From Tubulanus polymorphus (lineage: Eukaryota; Animalia; Nemertea), in the NCBI RefSeq assembly GCF_964204645.1, contig NC_134030.1, positions 2,215,355 through 2,279,354 on the forward strand: a stretch of DNA of 64,000 bases, given 5' to 3'. The notes under the pieces are model-generated. The model was not told the origin of the DNA. It searched no databases and was given only the letters and a program-made list of their open reading frames with translations. Position numbers and translations under genes: made by a program. Shown one piece after another: positions 25,093-40,271 of this stretch; within the stretch, counting starts at the first letter, position 1; each line of letters starts with the position of its first letter.

Positions 25093-27184
25093 GTAAGAAT
25101 TTCAATCTGTGTTTCAGTGGAAGATGAGCCGTGTGAACCTGGTGTCAAATCTGTGAACTTGAAGACAAATAGTACAATGTTGGTTAAACTAGATTTTATT
25201 AGAAATTACAAGTTTTTGCCGCTAAGTGCAATGTTGCAAAAGCTCTAGATTTCTATCAAAATCAGTGAACACCTACACAGTACCTTTACCGGTAAAATCT
25301 ACCTGTATTTATATAGTACTGTGTCCTATTGGACTGAGAGACTCTCAACAAAGATTATACAACGATTCTTAGTGAATTGCGCACATCTTTAAAACGGTGA
25401 TTTCGATGCTTGTGTTTTGTGTGAAATGAAGTTTGAAGTTTGCTCCTGATTTAAGATACGTTTTGACTTGTTTTGGGTGTAATCGTGGTTTATGGTTGAT
25501 AGTAATCTGAGGTGTGGTTCAATAGGATTAGTATCAGTCACTGTTCACACAGGTTTAGATTAGAGATTAATGTTATAATATCTCGCAGTGACAGATATCA
25601 GCCCCGCCCCTTATACGCAATCACTGTGTAATAATTCACTGTTTAACATGCTTTCATTGTGGTTTATCAGTTATTACTCGATGACTCATCATAATCGCAT
25701 AGAAAATCATCTGGCCTAGCTGAAATTGTAAAATTTCTCGCTTAAACCACCATTGATAAAACACTATATCTGTGTTGTGACGATAATACAAAGCGAATTC
25801 CACAGTAATAACGAAAAACAAAGTCCGAAAATGTTTTCTAAGAGCTGGTAGTTTATTCAATGTTTCGACTTTATTCTCATAGTCATATTCAGGGAGGGCC
25901 GACTTAGAACATTGTAGAAACGTCGAATAAACTGCTAGCTCTTAGAAAACACCATATTTAAGATTAAGTGAGATAGGTTTACTAGTAGTAGGTTGTATAT
26001 TGGCCAAAACTGATGATCATGACTAATGCCAACAACTTCCTGGTTTTGATATAAACTGTTACATTTTAATTGTATGCTGAGATTTCTGTCCTATTTTAAT
26101 TAATTACTAATTTTGACCCGAAGTCAATAATAACATCATATAAAACAGCATCGACATTCCGGGACGTTTGACATTCCGGGACAGTTGTGATTGAGTTAAT
26201 TTGTAATATGTATCTGATTACACTCCGTTACTATTTTCGTGTTAGTCGCAAATTGCTTAATACAAAAAAAAAGTGAACTCAGTAATTTATATGAATGACT
26301 CTGTTATATATGTACGTGTATAGTGTAATAACAGGAACTCATGATTTCTATATTCTGTGAATTACTAGATGAACCTTCACCCTCCGTGATCTCACTGTAA
26401 TTTACTTCACGATCCTGACCCAGACAAACAATTACCCCTATATATAAATTTGTTTATTGACCATTTCATTTGTAACTGATCCTTAATACTAATACAGTAT
26501 GATTAATCCTGTTGCTTTGGTAACCACCCTCACAGGTTTGGGGCTCTGACTGTAGATCGTGGAAAAGTCTGGGAATTGGAATTTTTGGTATTTTGTGTTT
26601 CTGGTAACGAGTGGCACATGCATCCCTCACTGAGGAAGGATATCATATAAATTAATGAGGGATTCATGGAAATATCTTGGAATTTTGTATTCCTGTAATC
26701 TGTAAGAACCTTGGATAACATTTTAGAATGAATATTATATGCCTCTATTGAAGTGAGAAGGGTGGATACAGTTTTCTGTTGTTATATCGGAAGTTTTAGG
26801 AAGCAGATTAGGTTTTTTTAGATACTCTCGCAGGAAAACGTGATCTATCTTCATGAAATCAGTCTCTGTCGGTCGGTTATTAATAATAGATGATTAGAGA
26901 AATATATCGTATTCATCATTAATCTATGAAATACAGACCGGTCTCTAAATACTCACTCATTACAGAGAACAAAAACAGCACTGCACAATAACAGGCTACC
27001 AGGGCTGGAAATATATATAACAACATAAGACCAACACCATAAACAAATCCTTAATATAATATTTTTAACCTGGAAAAAATATATATGTTTGAAGCAGTGC
27101 AGCTTTATCTGAAAGCTGTGAGAAATTTTTTTTTATTCATAATTTTTACCGAGAAAATTCCACAAAATTCTCACCCAGGTCGCC

Positions 27185-27368
27185 ATTAACCCTAGCCCTA
27201 GGTCACCAGTTGCACTAACCCTAGCCCCACCGGGATTAGAACTTCGGTTCTCTAGCTTTCAAGGCCAGTGCTCTAACCACTGGGCCATATAACTCTGATG
27301 GTTATCACAGTTTAGAAGTTTGTCTTATGTCAGACCAGTGTACAGTGACCAATTAGGCGTGATGATCT
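27185..27368 (-). mobile_element. Dispersed repeat containing a tRNA-derived segment and AACCCT(A) motifs, copy 1
   Basis: Reverse strand reads tggcccagtggttagagcac...gttctaatcccgg (A/B-box-like); similar to the copies at 43662 and 53990. Confidence 0.6.
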
Positions 27369-27615
27369 ATTCATTCCCTGATTACAGGCCTTTTATGAAT
27401 TTTCAATTGCATTTCTATATTCTAAACTAACTATATTACAACCAACAAGGTTGTCTTTAAGACTAAAAGCTGGAATCTAGAAACTATATTCTATATAGAT
27501 ATATATTTGAGTTGATATTTTAGAAATTTGAAATACAGTGTTTCCAAGCGTGAAGATTTGATAATACAATCAACGATAATCTTTACAAACTATGATGTCC
27601 TGTGAGTCCTACTAG

Positions 27616-27765
<150 letters not shown>

Positions 27766-29156
27766 AAAGTACTGTATCAGCAACTCATCTCAGGAAGTGG
27801 TCTCATATAAAATACACAGGTTTCCATGGTAATCTATATTAAAACCTGAGGTTACCTTTAATGGGGGCGGCAGATCAAACACTTTATGTCAAAAATGATC
27901 GATCAGTTTTTGAGATATTTAATGAAGATGTTTGAAGATGATGTGTACGTTAAACATGAACTGATTAATTGTTTGATGGTGTTAATTGATGGGGTTTGAT
28001 TATCAGTTTCATTACAGCAGTCTGATATAGCACACAGTGGCCTGACAGGCCTAAAGTAGTCTTGATACAACTAAACAGTGGCCGGGCAGCAGTCTCAAGT
28101 CTGATACAGTAGTCTTGTAATGGCCTGATAGGCCTACAGTAATCTGATACAGTAGTTTGTAGTCTGATTCTGTAGTCTGAAACAGTAGGTTTCTATTGTG
28201 GGATGCAGAGGTTTCTAGTCTCAGTCACAGATCATTGTAGCTATTGTTATAATGTCACACGCATCACCGCGCGCTCTCCGCGCTCTCTCTCTCCTCGTCA
28301 AACCCCTGCTTCTATTTATAACTGATCTATCTATTGATCCGTAGTCAGGCTGTAATCGTATTATCCCTACCCGGGTTGGACACAGCTTGCGCGTTGTCTT
28401 GAGGTTTCTTTCTATTAAATCATTGTCTAGTGGCTGTTCGCGTATATCGATTTTATACACTAAAAATTATCCATAATTTCATCATCATCTACAGACACAG
28501 AGACGTATATAGATTATTCATTTGACGTCTGTTCTTGTTGTTGTATAATATATTGCTATTAATATATTCCATTTATTCATTTAGAATAGGTAAATAAACC
28601 TGTCTCATTTGTATATAATTATATTCCACTCAAAGCTGCTGATGTTCTGCTGCGGTTTAATTTGAAAAGCAACAAAAATGGACAGCATCCAGTTTCACAG
28701 TAATGAATTAAGAGTTTCATTTTCGATGAGTCAAATCAGAACGGGGTCGGTCCGGGATGGATCCAGTTTCACTGTTAGTTGAAGAGTTAACTCTTCGTTT
28801 AAAATAAGTTCATTTTCAATTTTCCTGCGTCAAATCTTTACTTTCAACTGTGGAACTGGGTCCTGAAATTTAGTAACGATCTAGCAGTGTAACTAAGACT
28901 AGGATGGCGTACTATGTACGCGGTCACTTACTCCTCTAATGCTGATACTGTATGACATTCTCATCGGGTAAAATTGATGTTTCGTTTTATTATGATTTAT
29001 AGCTCTGACGACGATCAGAACTTGGATAATCTATCATCGATTTGTTTTTCGATTTATTGATAGCTCGTTTGATGCGTCTTTTACAAACAGTTGATGTTCG
29101 ATATAAGCAAAACATTTGATACGTGTCCGTGTACTAGTCAAATCCCTACACTAACG

Positions 29157-29815
29157 AGGAACCTCTTGATAAGAAACAGCCCTCACTGAGGATATATTAT
29201 AATTTAATCAGGGAATTTGAATTTTTGGTGTGTTGTCCTCCTGCTAGTGACGAGTGACACAAGGAACCTCTTGATAAGAAACAGCCCTCACTGAGGATAT
29301 CTTATAATTTAATCAGGGAATTTGAATTTTTGGTGTGTTGTCCTCCTGCTAGTGACGAGTGACACAAGGAACCTCTTGATAAGAAACAACCCTCACTGAG
29401 GATATCTTATAATTTAATCAGGGAATTTGAATTTTTGGTGTGTTGTCCTCCTGCTAGTGACGAGTGACACAAGGAACCTCTTGATAAGAAACAACCCTCA
29501 CTGAGGATATCTTATAATTTAATCAGGGAATTTGAATTTTTGGTGTGTTGTCCTCCTGCTAGTGACGAGTGACACAAGGAACCTCTTGATAAGAAACAGC
29601 CCTCACTGAGGATATCTTATAATTTAATCAGGGAATTTGAATTTTTAATGTGTTGTCCTCCTGCTAGTGACGAGTGACACAAGGAACCTCTTGATAAGAA
29701 ACAGCCCTCACTGAGGATATCTTAGAGTTTAATCAGGGAATTTGAATTTTTGGTGTCTCGTTTGTCTTGCTGGTGATGAGCGACACAAGGAACCTCTTGA
29801 TAAGAAACAGGATAT
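29157..29815. repeat. 105-bp tandem array (~6.3 copies) with dispersed monomer relatives near 26570-26680 and 41835-41940
   Basis: aggaacctcttgataagaaacagccctcactgaggatatc... repeats with a 105-bp period. Confidence 0.92.
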
Positions 29816-30944
29816 CTTGTAATTCAAACGGGGAATTTTTGGTCAAGGGTCGGGGAATTTTGGATTCTCTGATCTGTTAGGTCCATGTGTATATGTATAG
29901 ATGGGATTTCATATCATCACAACACAAAGAATTGTAGGGGCCTGTGTTGAAAGCCTTGTTTTCTGTTTCTAGTTTCAATAATGCGAACCTGTTAAAGGAA
30001 TTTATGATTAGCCTTCGTTATGTTTGACATGGTCGAATGCCTTAACTGTAAAAACAGATAACGATAGTCTCGTAAATTCAGGTTTTACAATTTCTATTTG
30101 TTCTGGGCTCGACGATTGAAAATGCTGGCATAATATACCGCATTCGACATGGCAACTTATGATATCGTAGTAAAATTTCTATTTGGTCTGTCTGGGCTTG
30201 TTGTTAGCTTTAAAAAACTCCTATATCAAGATCAACATAGCAACTTGAGATAGAGTTATATTTGTAAAGGAAGGTTTGTTTGACCAAAACGTGCTCACCT
30301 GAGGGGCCATTTTGGACGCACATGTGCGTTTATTCAGTCTAAAACTGCGGGACGTATTCAAACCTAGGAACGGGAACATATGTCCACTGTGGTCGTTATA
30401 GCGATATGTATATGACTGTATGAGATCATAGATCTACGGACAATGAACAGGTTTTAGAGTATTTACAATGTAAAATAATGCTTTCAAACATCTGTCGCCG
30501 CAGTCAGTTCCATTCGTCGTCTCGTGTACATTCTCGAACAGAAAGAGATCGATTGTTTTCAACGCTCGTTGTTCATGTAACATCCCTTTATTAGGAATTC
30601 GGGATCAGCTATTACACGTCCTCTAGAATAAGCCACGGTTTCTAATGCTTCTTTAAAAGCTGTTACACGAGGCTTTTGTCATTTTGAGAAGCGGCATTAT
30701 ACCCCTGTAGTGGCTTCTCATTGAGCAGAGCTTCATTTTTCTGATAAAATCAGTTTTGTTTTTTCATGGTTGATAGTAGCGGTTATGATCTATTGGGAGA
30801 TTAAGCCCAGTATTTCTACGCGGTATGCTGAACATTCAGTTCAGTTTCTCCTCACTATTTTCTCTGTCAATTATGATGTATAGATACTGATTGTCCTAAC
30901 ACTACATTATCTCTATCAGTGAGTTCAGTGATATTTACGGCATC

Positions 30945-31078
30945 CAGATTCTGCAGTGTACAGTAATGTGCACCTCAATCATTCCTGCTCAGATTCTGTA
31001 GTGTACAGTAATGTGCACCTCAATCATTCCTGCTCAGATTCTGTAGTGTACAGTAATGTGCACCTCTATCATTCCTGG
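30945..31078. repeat. 45-bp tandem repeat, 3 copies
   Basis: cagattctgtagtgtacagtaatgtgcacctcaatcattcctgct. Confidence 0.9.
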
Positions 31079-33649
31079 TTCACTTTACATATCAGGATCT
31101 ATTGATCTCAGTAATTTTAATCGTGTTCAGTTGTTACATTATTCCAGTGAATATTGAGACTTGTTTTATATATTTCAAGTATCGACAGCTGTTATGATAT
31201 ACAGACCTCATTGGTCCATTCCGTTTCACTGTGCGCTTGCTATGAATTATTTTCTATGGTTGAATATATTGAGGACTGGAAATTGATGGCTTTTCCCAAT
31301 TCTCTCATTGATGTTGCTGATGTCGCTGCTGATGCTGCTGCCATGGATGCAGATTTTTTCAACGTTAATAGCACGGCTTCATTTGCTTACAATCAGTACT
31401 GCTTCTGATTAGGTTTTGAGGAATGATATAATCATTTACTACTAGTGGTGGTTGTTGAGGTTGATAGGAGTAAAACCTATTTGATGTCAATATACTACGA
31501 CCGAACGACCTATTCATTAAACGACCTGGAATTTTAGAGTAATTATTTCGTCGACAATTAACGATAGTGAATTTGAATGAGTAAATTAATGGTATATTTA
31601 CGAGTAATAGTTTGGGTATGGAGAGATAGAGCTATATGCAGCGTGTGTTTAACCCTCCTGGGTGCAGGACTCAGTAATATATCACATCATTCACAGGCTC
31701 GCTCTATGAATACTTCATCTCAACCTCTCCCTACCTTAAAGTATTACGGAGGTAGAGATATTGTGTAGTCATGTTTTCAGTATCAGTCCAATTACATAGC
31801 TCCTCATACAAGGAAACAACTTTCTCGACTATAGCTGAGAGAAACGTTTTTGACTAGTGATATAGTGTCATGTTTTCAGTATCAGTCCAATTTACGATGG
31901 ATTTAACTCATGGAAATATTTTTTACTCTTTTTTTCATTCCTAGTGTGGGATCGTATATTTTAGATATTTAGAACACAGACTCAAAAGTATTCATCATCA
32001 ACGGTTCCAGGTACTCAGTTTACAGATATACTCACTCTGATTACTGAACCCTTGCAGTGAGTGCTACAGCCTGAACCTGATTAGTAATAACGTGTACTGT
32101 GATCAGGTCATCAACTGTTTCTAATAAGATTATGTTTTGTCTTTGAGCTCCTGAAATTCTGTTCAATTCAAATGAACAATGAGAAACATATGTTAAGAGG
32201 ACATGACCCACGACACGGCGACACCCGGGACGACACCCGGGACAGACAGCTGGGTTCTTTCTCATTTGAAGTTCATGAAGAATCTATTTTTGTTCTTTCA
32301 ATTTGCTAATTCAGAATATTCACTGGTCCTCTTAGAATCGCGTGAGATCTTGATTCGGAACCAGTTGAAAACATCTCTGTTAAGATGACTTACTATAGTT
32401 CGTTCTTAATGTTTTAAGCCGTCAGTCAGATATAAACCTAGACCTCTGCCCATGTTGAAACCATGATGTAAAATCCCATGATGGGATTAACTCTTGAGAT
32501 ATTTCTTTAGCCCAGGAAAAAGTTTGGAATAAACTACAGATAACTCGAGGCTAATTTTTGGGTCCTATTTTCATTTCAATTATGGGATTTACATTACGAG
32601 CCTGATCTTCTTGTAGTCGGTTTGTTCATGGAAGCTTAAACAGAGTCGATGGTTTGTTGGAACCATTGTATGGTCAGTTATTGTGTTCATTAGTGTCGCT
32701 GATTATAAAATGAGTCATCAGGTATTTTGCTGCTGTTGGGAATAGATAAAAAATGAGCAAATCACCAGTAGCAGCAGCAGCAGCGTGTCTAGTTGGAGAG
32801 TAGTGAACTGTAGCTGTGTAGGTTTGGTAAATGGTTGATTGGATTAATGGATTTCATGTTAATTCAGTCATGTCTTTGTAGCTGAATTAACGTCATCATT
32901 ATCTACAGTTTTTACCTCATATATAACATGTGTAGTCGCTTGCAGTCAAACTGTATTTCCATATTTGGGCAACGTATATTGCCTAGATTGTTTGAGCTCC
33001 TTAGAAAGATATCGAGCGATAAACTCTACTAGTGTTTTCAACTCATGTCACAAAACCTAAAGCTCATCTCATAATACAACTGATGTGACTGATATCTGGT
33101 GCAAGGTCCAGTACCTTTCTGTTTTTGCATAGAGTCGCACGCTACCCTTGTGGATTTCCCCGAGCTGTCGATGGGTAGAATACTGTTAGTTTTAGTAACA
33201 CTCTGAGCCCAGTTTCATAAAAAGGTGGAATTCTTAAATCTATTTATTTTCTTCAAATTGAATTCAGTTTATCTGAACGTGATATAACAATATAACAGTT
33301 CATGAATGTTTTTAAACTGTACACTTAATCTGTAGCCCTGATAGCCGTAGGGGGGTATGAATTCAGATGAAGTACTGTGACTGTCTCTCGTCAGTTAAAC
33401 GGTTCAAATATTGACGGATAACTCTGATATGTTGAATTGTAAATATACAGGAATTCATCTGTTTCATGTAATTTAATATTTCTGTAATTGATTTAGTTTG
33501 AATTCTGACTCCGGGCGGAATGTGTGTCAAACACATGTTTGTTTGTTTGTTTGTCATAGGTTTCATAGTTTTAGTTATTTCATTGAATTCAATGATGAAT
33601 GAAATGACTGGGAAAGAGTTTGTGGGTATTTGTATTCAAAATATGATAT

Positions 33650-33845
33650 GCTAAGTGTAAGTCATCATTTTGATAAGTCGTCACATTACTGAAGTCATCT
33701 CTATTCATCTCATTCTAATTCAATTTACTAAGCGTAAGTCATCATTTGGATAAGTCGTCACATTATTGAAGTCATTTCTATTTTTGAGTCTCAATTTGTA
33801 CATTCTAATTCAATTTACTAAGTGTAAGTCGTCAGTTGGGTAAGT
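33650..33845. repeat. Internally repeated dispersed element, with relatives at ~45010-45210 (inverted) and ~50340-50410
   Basis: Shared taagtcatcatttggataagtcg and tctatttttgagtc motifs. Confidence 0.6.
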
Positions 33846-36800
33846 GGTCTTTAAGCTAAGGTATCAGGACCTTAGTATCCTGGTCAATCTATACTTTTAC
33901 TGTTCAGGGTTCCCGGACTAACAAGTCATCAGCATCTCAACACCGAGAACATTTGCTGAACATTCAAAGAAAGTGCTGTAAATTCCTGCTCTTTACGTTC
34001 AGACTCTCGGAGATGAAGGGAATTTTTTCTAACCACTGTAGGGTGAAAGTTGTTACAGGGATAAGCAACAATGTTTTACTCCTCAAGTGTTACTCACTGA
34101 TTACTATCAGCTTATGTTAAGGGGTAATTTTTACCTGGTGAAAATGTTGTTATACATTCACTGATGCTGGTATCGGGTTCGATGTTAAACGAGTTAAACT
34201 GGAAACCAATTTGTTTAAATATCGCTTTGATTTCAGTTTAGTTTGATCGGATCTAATAACAGATACAGACTACTAACTACTACCGTTATTAGAACACACC
34301 TCCTTTGTTTGCACTGTCTGGAATTTAAGGAATTAGCCCACGGGTTGAATTAATCAGACATGTATTCATTTACTGCAGTAAAGATATTTCCTGTGTAAGG
34401 GTATTTATTCCTGTATGAGGTGTGTATTTGTAAGATATTAGTAATGTCAAGTGTTTAGTAAACTTTGACATTATGAAAGTGCTGCTACTGTACAGGGTTC
34501 ACACTGAGTCTCAGAATTGCTTGTACAAAGTGCTTAGTTTTTAGACAATAGTAATGCCTTTAAATAGTGCCTACTTTTCACAAGAATTAAGTGTTTACAA
34601 AGTGCTTTCTTTTGACTTATGGGATCCCAAATTATTTTTTGGTCAAGTATGCGTTATGTATTAGGATGAGGCGACAATTTTGCCTAACTTTTTCTATGAT
34701 AAGTGCTAATTTTTGCCTCAACTTCACTACTCAGATGAACCGTGCTGTATGTCAGCGTCAGGAGGACTGTAACAGTACATTACTGTACGGGTCATTTATT
34801 CATGAGTTATTTGTATGAATATGAATAAAAGCCATTGTTTGTTGTGCACCTGTTTCCACTGATTACTAAAGGCATTTTACACTCATTACTATGAAATGTA
34901 ATGCAATGTATTAACACATATTTACTGATTGCTAATTAGCATTATTCAGATGGATGAAAATATGAAGGTGTGAGCTGTGAAATAATGTATGTTCAGATTG
35001 TTGGATGAGAGGGGCACTAGATCTTGAAGATATCTCCCCGAGAACCATACAATAAGGGGAGATGGGCCGCCTTGAATACCTATAGCTCGGGCATACTTTA
35101 ATTTAGGTGTATAGTTTCTAATCAGGGTTTTAGGCTATTAGTGGGTAATTGAATTGAAAATGCTTGTTGAGTTTTTCGCGCAGGACCCAGTTCCATGGTA
35201 AGAGTTAACTCTGAATTGAAATTATCTCATTTTCAGTAGGTTAACTCATAGTCCAGTATCTATACTCTACAGTCAACTGAACGAAGGGTACTAGAAAGTC
35301 TAGGACCGTTTGCGAGTTTGAATACAGCACGGATCTGAGTCTTCAAACACCACATCCTGCTCGCTATAAAAACACTGTTGATTAAGACTGATTTTACCCA
35401 TGAGATTCAGAGAGAGGGAGAGAGAAACATGATTTATTCGTTCTCTTGAGCAACAGATTATAACGACAGCAGAGAAGAAAAGAAAGAAACCCATCTTCTC
35501 TTTCTTTATCGCGACAGCAAATTAATGCAAAAACCGTCATAAAACAAATTAATTTGTGTCGTTTCTTTTTATTCCTGACATTAGAAATATTAATGCATTA
35601 ATTCAACCAACAATAACGATGTATTTGAAAGTATCTGTCGTACAGACAAACTCAGTTTACTATTCAACAATGATTCTATTTCTGACATTAGAAATATTAA
35701 TGCGTCTTTATGAACAATTGGACTCTCTTTAAAGTATCCTTTATTGAAACTCTTTTAGTTATAGTCTGATAAGTTATCATATTAATGAAGTCAGTGTTTG
35801 AGTGTTGCCAACATAATGAATTCTATATTTATGCACTCATAGTCATAAACCACTGCTCCTTATTGTCCCTTATTTGAACCAGATGTTGATATCAGAAGCA
35901 GAGATAATTTCAGCCAGTTATCACTAGTTTTATATGATATATTTACCTATTAAGCGATAACATTGTTGTTTTTATTGGGGAACATTTAACTGTTCACATC
36001 AGGCTTACCCTCATTATATATGTCCAAGAATCATATGCGAAATTTCTCAAACAAATTAACAAAATATCCTTGTTTGATGGACAAAGAATTGCCCTTAGTA
36101 ATGTACTGGTTTCTCCTAAAACCCACTGGAGTCTGTCGGTCCTCGGAGTAATGGAGCACAGGAAAGCTCAATCTTAGTTGAAACTGGTATTATCCTATTT
36201 TCTCTTGACCAATTTGGATCCTTTTTGTCAGCAATATAAATGTGTAATATAGTCATTCTGCAGTCAGTATTGTGTTTCAGATCCGCCTCCCTCTTTAAGC
36301 CATTTATTCGGTTTTATCATTATAGTTTTCACTCAATGATATAAATCTCTGAACGCAAATTACAACGATGAATGTCAAGGATACTGATTTTTTTCAGAGT
36401 TAATTATCGACCGGGGGTTTCGAAGTGTATACGCAATCAATCTCTCGAAAAAAAGTATCTCGTTATAATGAGATGATAATAACTGTTTGGAATGATAAAT
36501 ATGACTAGACCACGCGGTATATAGAACGTACAGGAAACCGAATACTTTTAATACAGGAAATATGATCAACATTTCAATGAAACATTCCTTAATAATTCCG
36601 AGAATCAACGATAGGTTTATTGACCCTATACGGTATTGAAGTGGAAGCTCGTTTAAACATCATTATCAACTCCAAGTTTAAGACTATTTCAATGTCATAT
36701 AACATTTTCTTAGCTCGAATACGAAATCATCTTTATATATTTTAGGTCTTGTAAATCTCACAATATTTATTTGGAAACACTCTTTATTTCCCCGGACCCA

Positions 36801-39517
36801 GTTCCATAGTTGTGGATACAGCTTAATAAAGGTTGTTTTTGATAGATTTTCTGGTCACAGTCTGAAGTATCGTTAAATTCCAAGAACGAATGACATCAGG
36901 TCTATTGACCCTACTTTACGATACTAGTGTTAGAAACTGATTTAGTAGTTTATCGATCACACTGTAGATGTCAGCACGCGTTAATGTCACCGGTCAGCAT
37001 AATAAAGACTGACTAATTCCGCAATCACTCGGTAGATGGCAGCACGTACTGAAGTCTACGCGATACAGCGGTTTACGAGTTTATAGCCAGTTAGTTTTGC
37101 CTGGCACGATTAATAGTAGTAACTGTGCTCGAGACAAGCGCGTACAGGAATGTGTGCGTGAACTTTGAATGATTGTTTGTGACAGTGAATTCTAACAGAA
37201 ATCTTCGTCGTCTGTTGTTGTTTTGTGTGATTTATAACCGCTTTTATAAAACACTTGTCGCCGAATGATAAATGAAAATATTTCGGCCGTTTATTTTTTC
37301 ATTCAACGAAAATTCGTTGGCGCAATGAAATTGTTTTGTTCGGTTTTTTCGATGATAAATGATTTTTTAATCAACGCGCGCGCGGCCCCCGGGCCACGGG
37401 CCACGCTGCTAACAATATATATTTCTTTGAACCGCAAACATTTTCTTACGACATTAAATATGAATTTGTCTTTTTGACGACATTCTGAGTTAATTCTCAT
37501 TATGGAAATTCGATAAAGATATATCGAGCAAACAGTTCCACAATTCTGGCCCAAGTTGGTTCCACATTCCACAGTTAATGGACCCAGTTCCACAGTTTTG
37601 GATCCAGTTCTACACTTGCGAGTTAAGATTTGACTCAACTTTTTTTGCAACTGGGTCCTGAATTTTTATTGCCAACTTATGTTACTATATCTGATGCTTG
37701 ACGGAACCTTTGGAAGAAAATAATTGTTAATAATATTCTTGATTACTTAGAAGAATTAACTCTAACAATTTTTTCAATCCGCCTTCGAGATTTTAATGAG
37801 TTTGTCAAAAAAGGAACAAGATAATATTTCCACTGAGACTGTGACCGTTACTGAGGAGGAGTTAAGGTATTTGCTAAATTTAGTATGTTCTCGCAGATTA
37901 TGTATAATTTTCTAGTTGTCGGACAAAAATAATATTTGCTTCATCATACGTTAATATGTGGGTTAGATGCAGAAATCAAGGCAGACATATCCAGTTTACT
38001 TGACATATTTGTATCAACCAGAAAAATGATTCCTACAGAAAAAAGAACAATAATATGAAAATAACTTTCATAAGTAATTAATTCCTAGTTTGTGTCTGTG
38101 TAAACTCTGTTACATCGGGAATCAGTTTATGTCTGGTGATTGCACCAAAAACCTCTGCCTTCATGTATACATTGATTATCATTGATAATAATGAAAACAC
38201 CAGTGAATACGAACAACATCGAAGTCTATCATCTTTCTCTCTCTGATCTCTAAACACTTATTAGTTTAGTTTCCCAGCTTTTCATGTTGATGATATCCCC
38301 AAATCCCTAAACGAAGAGATTCCCTAGAGCCATAAAAATTGTTTTATAGAGCTTCGGTCCGACTGGACGGTAAAAACTTGTTGAACATTTCAGAAATTAA
38401 TTGCACTCCATCGTCTGTGTTTCGGTCCCCCCTTTCTCCCTTTGTGAATTCACTGGAATCACCTCTAATTACTGGTGATATTCATCAAAAAGAAAAAAAA
38501 ATGTTTGATATTTTGGCACGAAATCCCAAATCCCTGATGTAGACCGAGAGAGTCTGATATTTTGCCAGGCATTGTTTTTGATAAAACACTTAGAGAAGGG
38601 AACTGGAGTCTGTTATCAATGTATGATAAATCCTTCCTCTATTATCCCAAATATTGTGAGGTTACTGTGTGTGAAAACATAGACTACATTCATGTAATAC
38701 CACAGATATCTGAGTCGAGTGATTTGATACAAACATTACTTATCCTCATGCAGGTGATAAGCCTAGGATTATCAGTTGAATAGATAATCTGAAATGTGGG
38801 ATATTTATTCTCAAAACCGTTTGTTGTTGTGAGAGATCCATTCACATTTTACACAGAGTATTTAAAACGCTTTTATCCTTATAGGAATGATTAAAAACAA
38901 GGTTTCAATAAAAGATATTTCTTTCTGAAAATATAACAATAGCCAGGTAGAGAAATGAGAATTACACATCTCCAGGGTAAGGGTAAAGGTGGCAAAGGGA
39001 AGCAAGTAAACTTTAGTATGAAAGTTAACTCTATTCGCAGATATTGAGAGAAATATTTGTTTGTCTCTTGTTTCTCGGCTGTTGGTGGGAAATTAATGAC
39101 TTTGATACCCGGTATTTCATGAGTGTGATCTCTGTCAATGTCGAATTGTAGTTAAACCTTTTTTATTGTCGACTTGACACAAATTCTATCGAGCACTTAC
39201 TCTCGTTTTACCAACTGCTCTGTCATGTTACGTACTTGCTAGTTTTTTCTACGGCTGCCCGGGAAATTTTGAAACATGCTTCACGGTCACGAGTATTTAC
39301 ATTGTTTTATGATTACGGCGCGTTCTAGTATCAGATTAAAACAAGTGGACAATTCAAGATTCATTAAAATGTGGTAAACTAATAACTCTTTGCTGATCGA
39401 TGCTCGATTCTTGGATCGGGTTTATAAGTTCTCAAGTTTTACCTTGAAGTAATCATTTTATGGTTGTAATTTAAGAGTGTAATTTAAACTGTGGAGCTGG
39501 GTCTGATCTGTAAGAAC

Positions 39518-39633
39518 CCTGGACCCAGTTCCACAGTTGTGAGTTAGAGTTATCTCTGAGTTAAAATTAGTTCATTTTCAATGAGTTAACTCAGGGTCAA
39601 ATCTTAACCACGAACTGTGGAACTGAACCCTGA
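39518..39633. mobile_element. MITE of the CCAGTTCCACAG..CTGTGGAACTG family (relatives near 28760, 35180, 37580, 46880, 52910)
   Basis: Inverted termini acccagttccacagtt ... aactgtggaactgaacc. Confidence 0.72.
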
Positions 39634-40271
39634 TGGTTTAGCCAATGGTCAGTGAAATAGAAATGTGTTTAAACTTAAGTGTTTGTATGTTCCACTTTGG
39701 AATGATAATAGAACATATATACCTAGAATTAACCAAAATTATACTTAATCACCCAATAAACAAATTAATAGTCTTAATTCTGGAGAATTAAATTTAAAAT
39801 GTTGTCTTTTCTAAAAGTAATATAAAGATCTTATCATAAATTTTTGAAAGGAGCTTTAATAAAATTCAATGCAATATTTCCAGTTCATAGACTTTTTGTG
39901 GCGACATTTTCTGGTTTTATATACGGTGACCCTCGGGTGGCCCCCCCTCAATTAGACGTATATTGACACAGGTTTACTACCTGTAGATGTGTTTGGTCAT
40001 TATGATTCTACTAATGGAGCATTCACTGTTTAACGTGTTCAAACTGGATGAATTAATAATATGACATTGTTCATTTGACGTGGTCAGTGGATGAACTCTA
40101 AAATGGAGTTTCTCATTATTCTGGGCACAATTGTAGGAACTAATAGCTTAGAGAGCCATTTGTAAGATAAACAGTACCGATATAGGAGGAGTCTATAGTA
40201 ATTGGGATATTGTCTGAAAGTGATGCAGACACTTCCTTGAAATTTGACTTTTTCTTGAAAACTTCTTATAT

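Noticed and set aside
25118-25248. In-frame acceptor just after the second Ig exon
   Set aside because: It would need a 25-nt intron, and the downstream sequence resembles a dispersed repeat (similar to ~42740).
26369-26400. Possible phase-1 mini terminal exon (DEPSPSVISL*) giving a secreted Ig-Ig protein
   Set aside because: The acceptor is weak and the exon too short to distinguish from chance; it cannot be excluded without RNA data.
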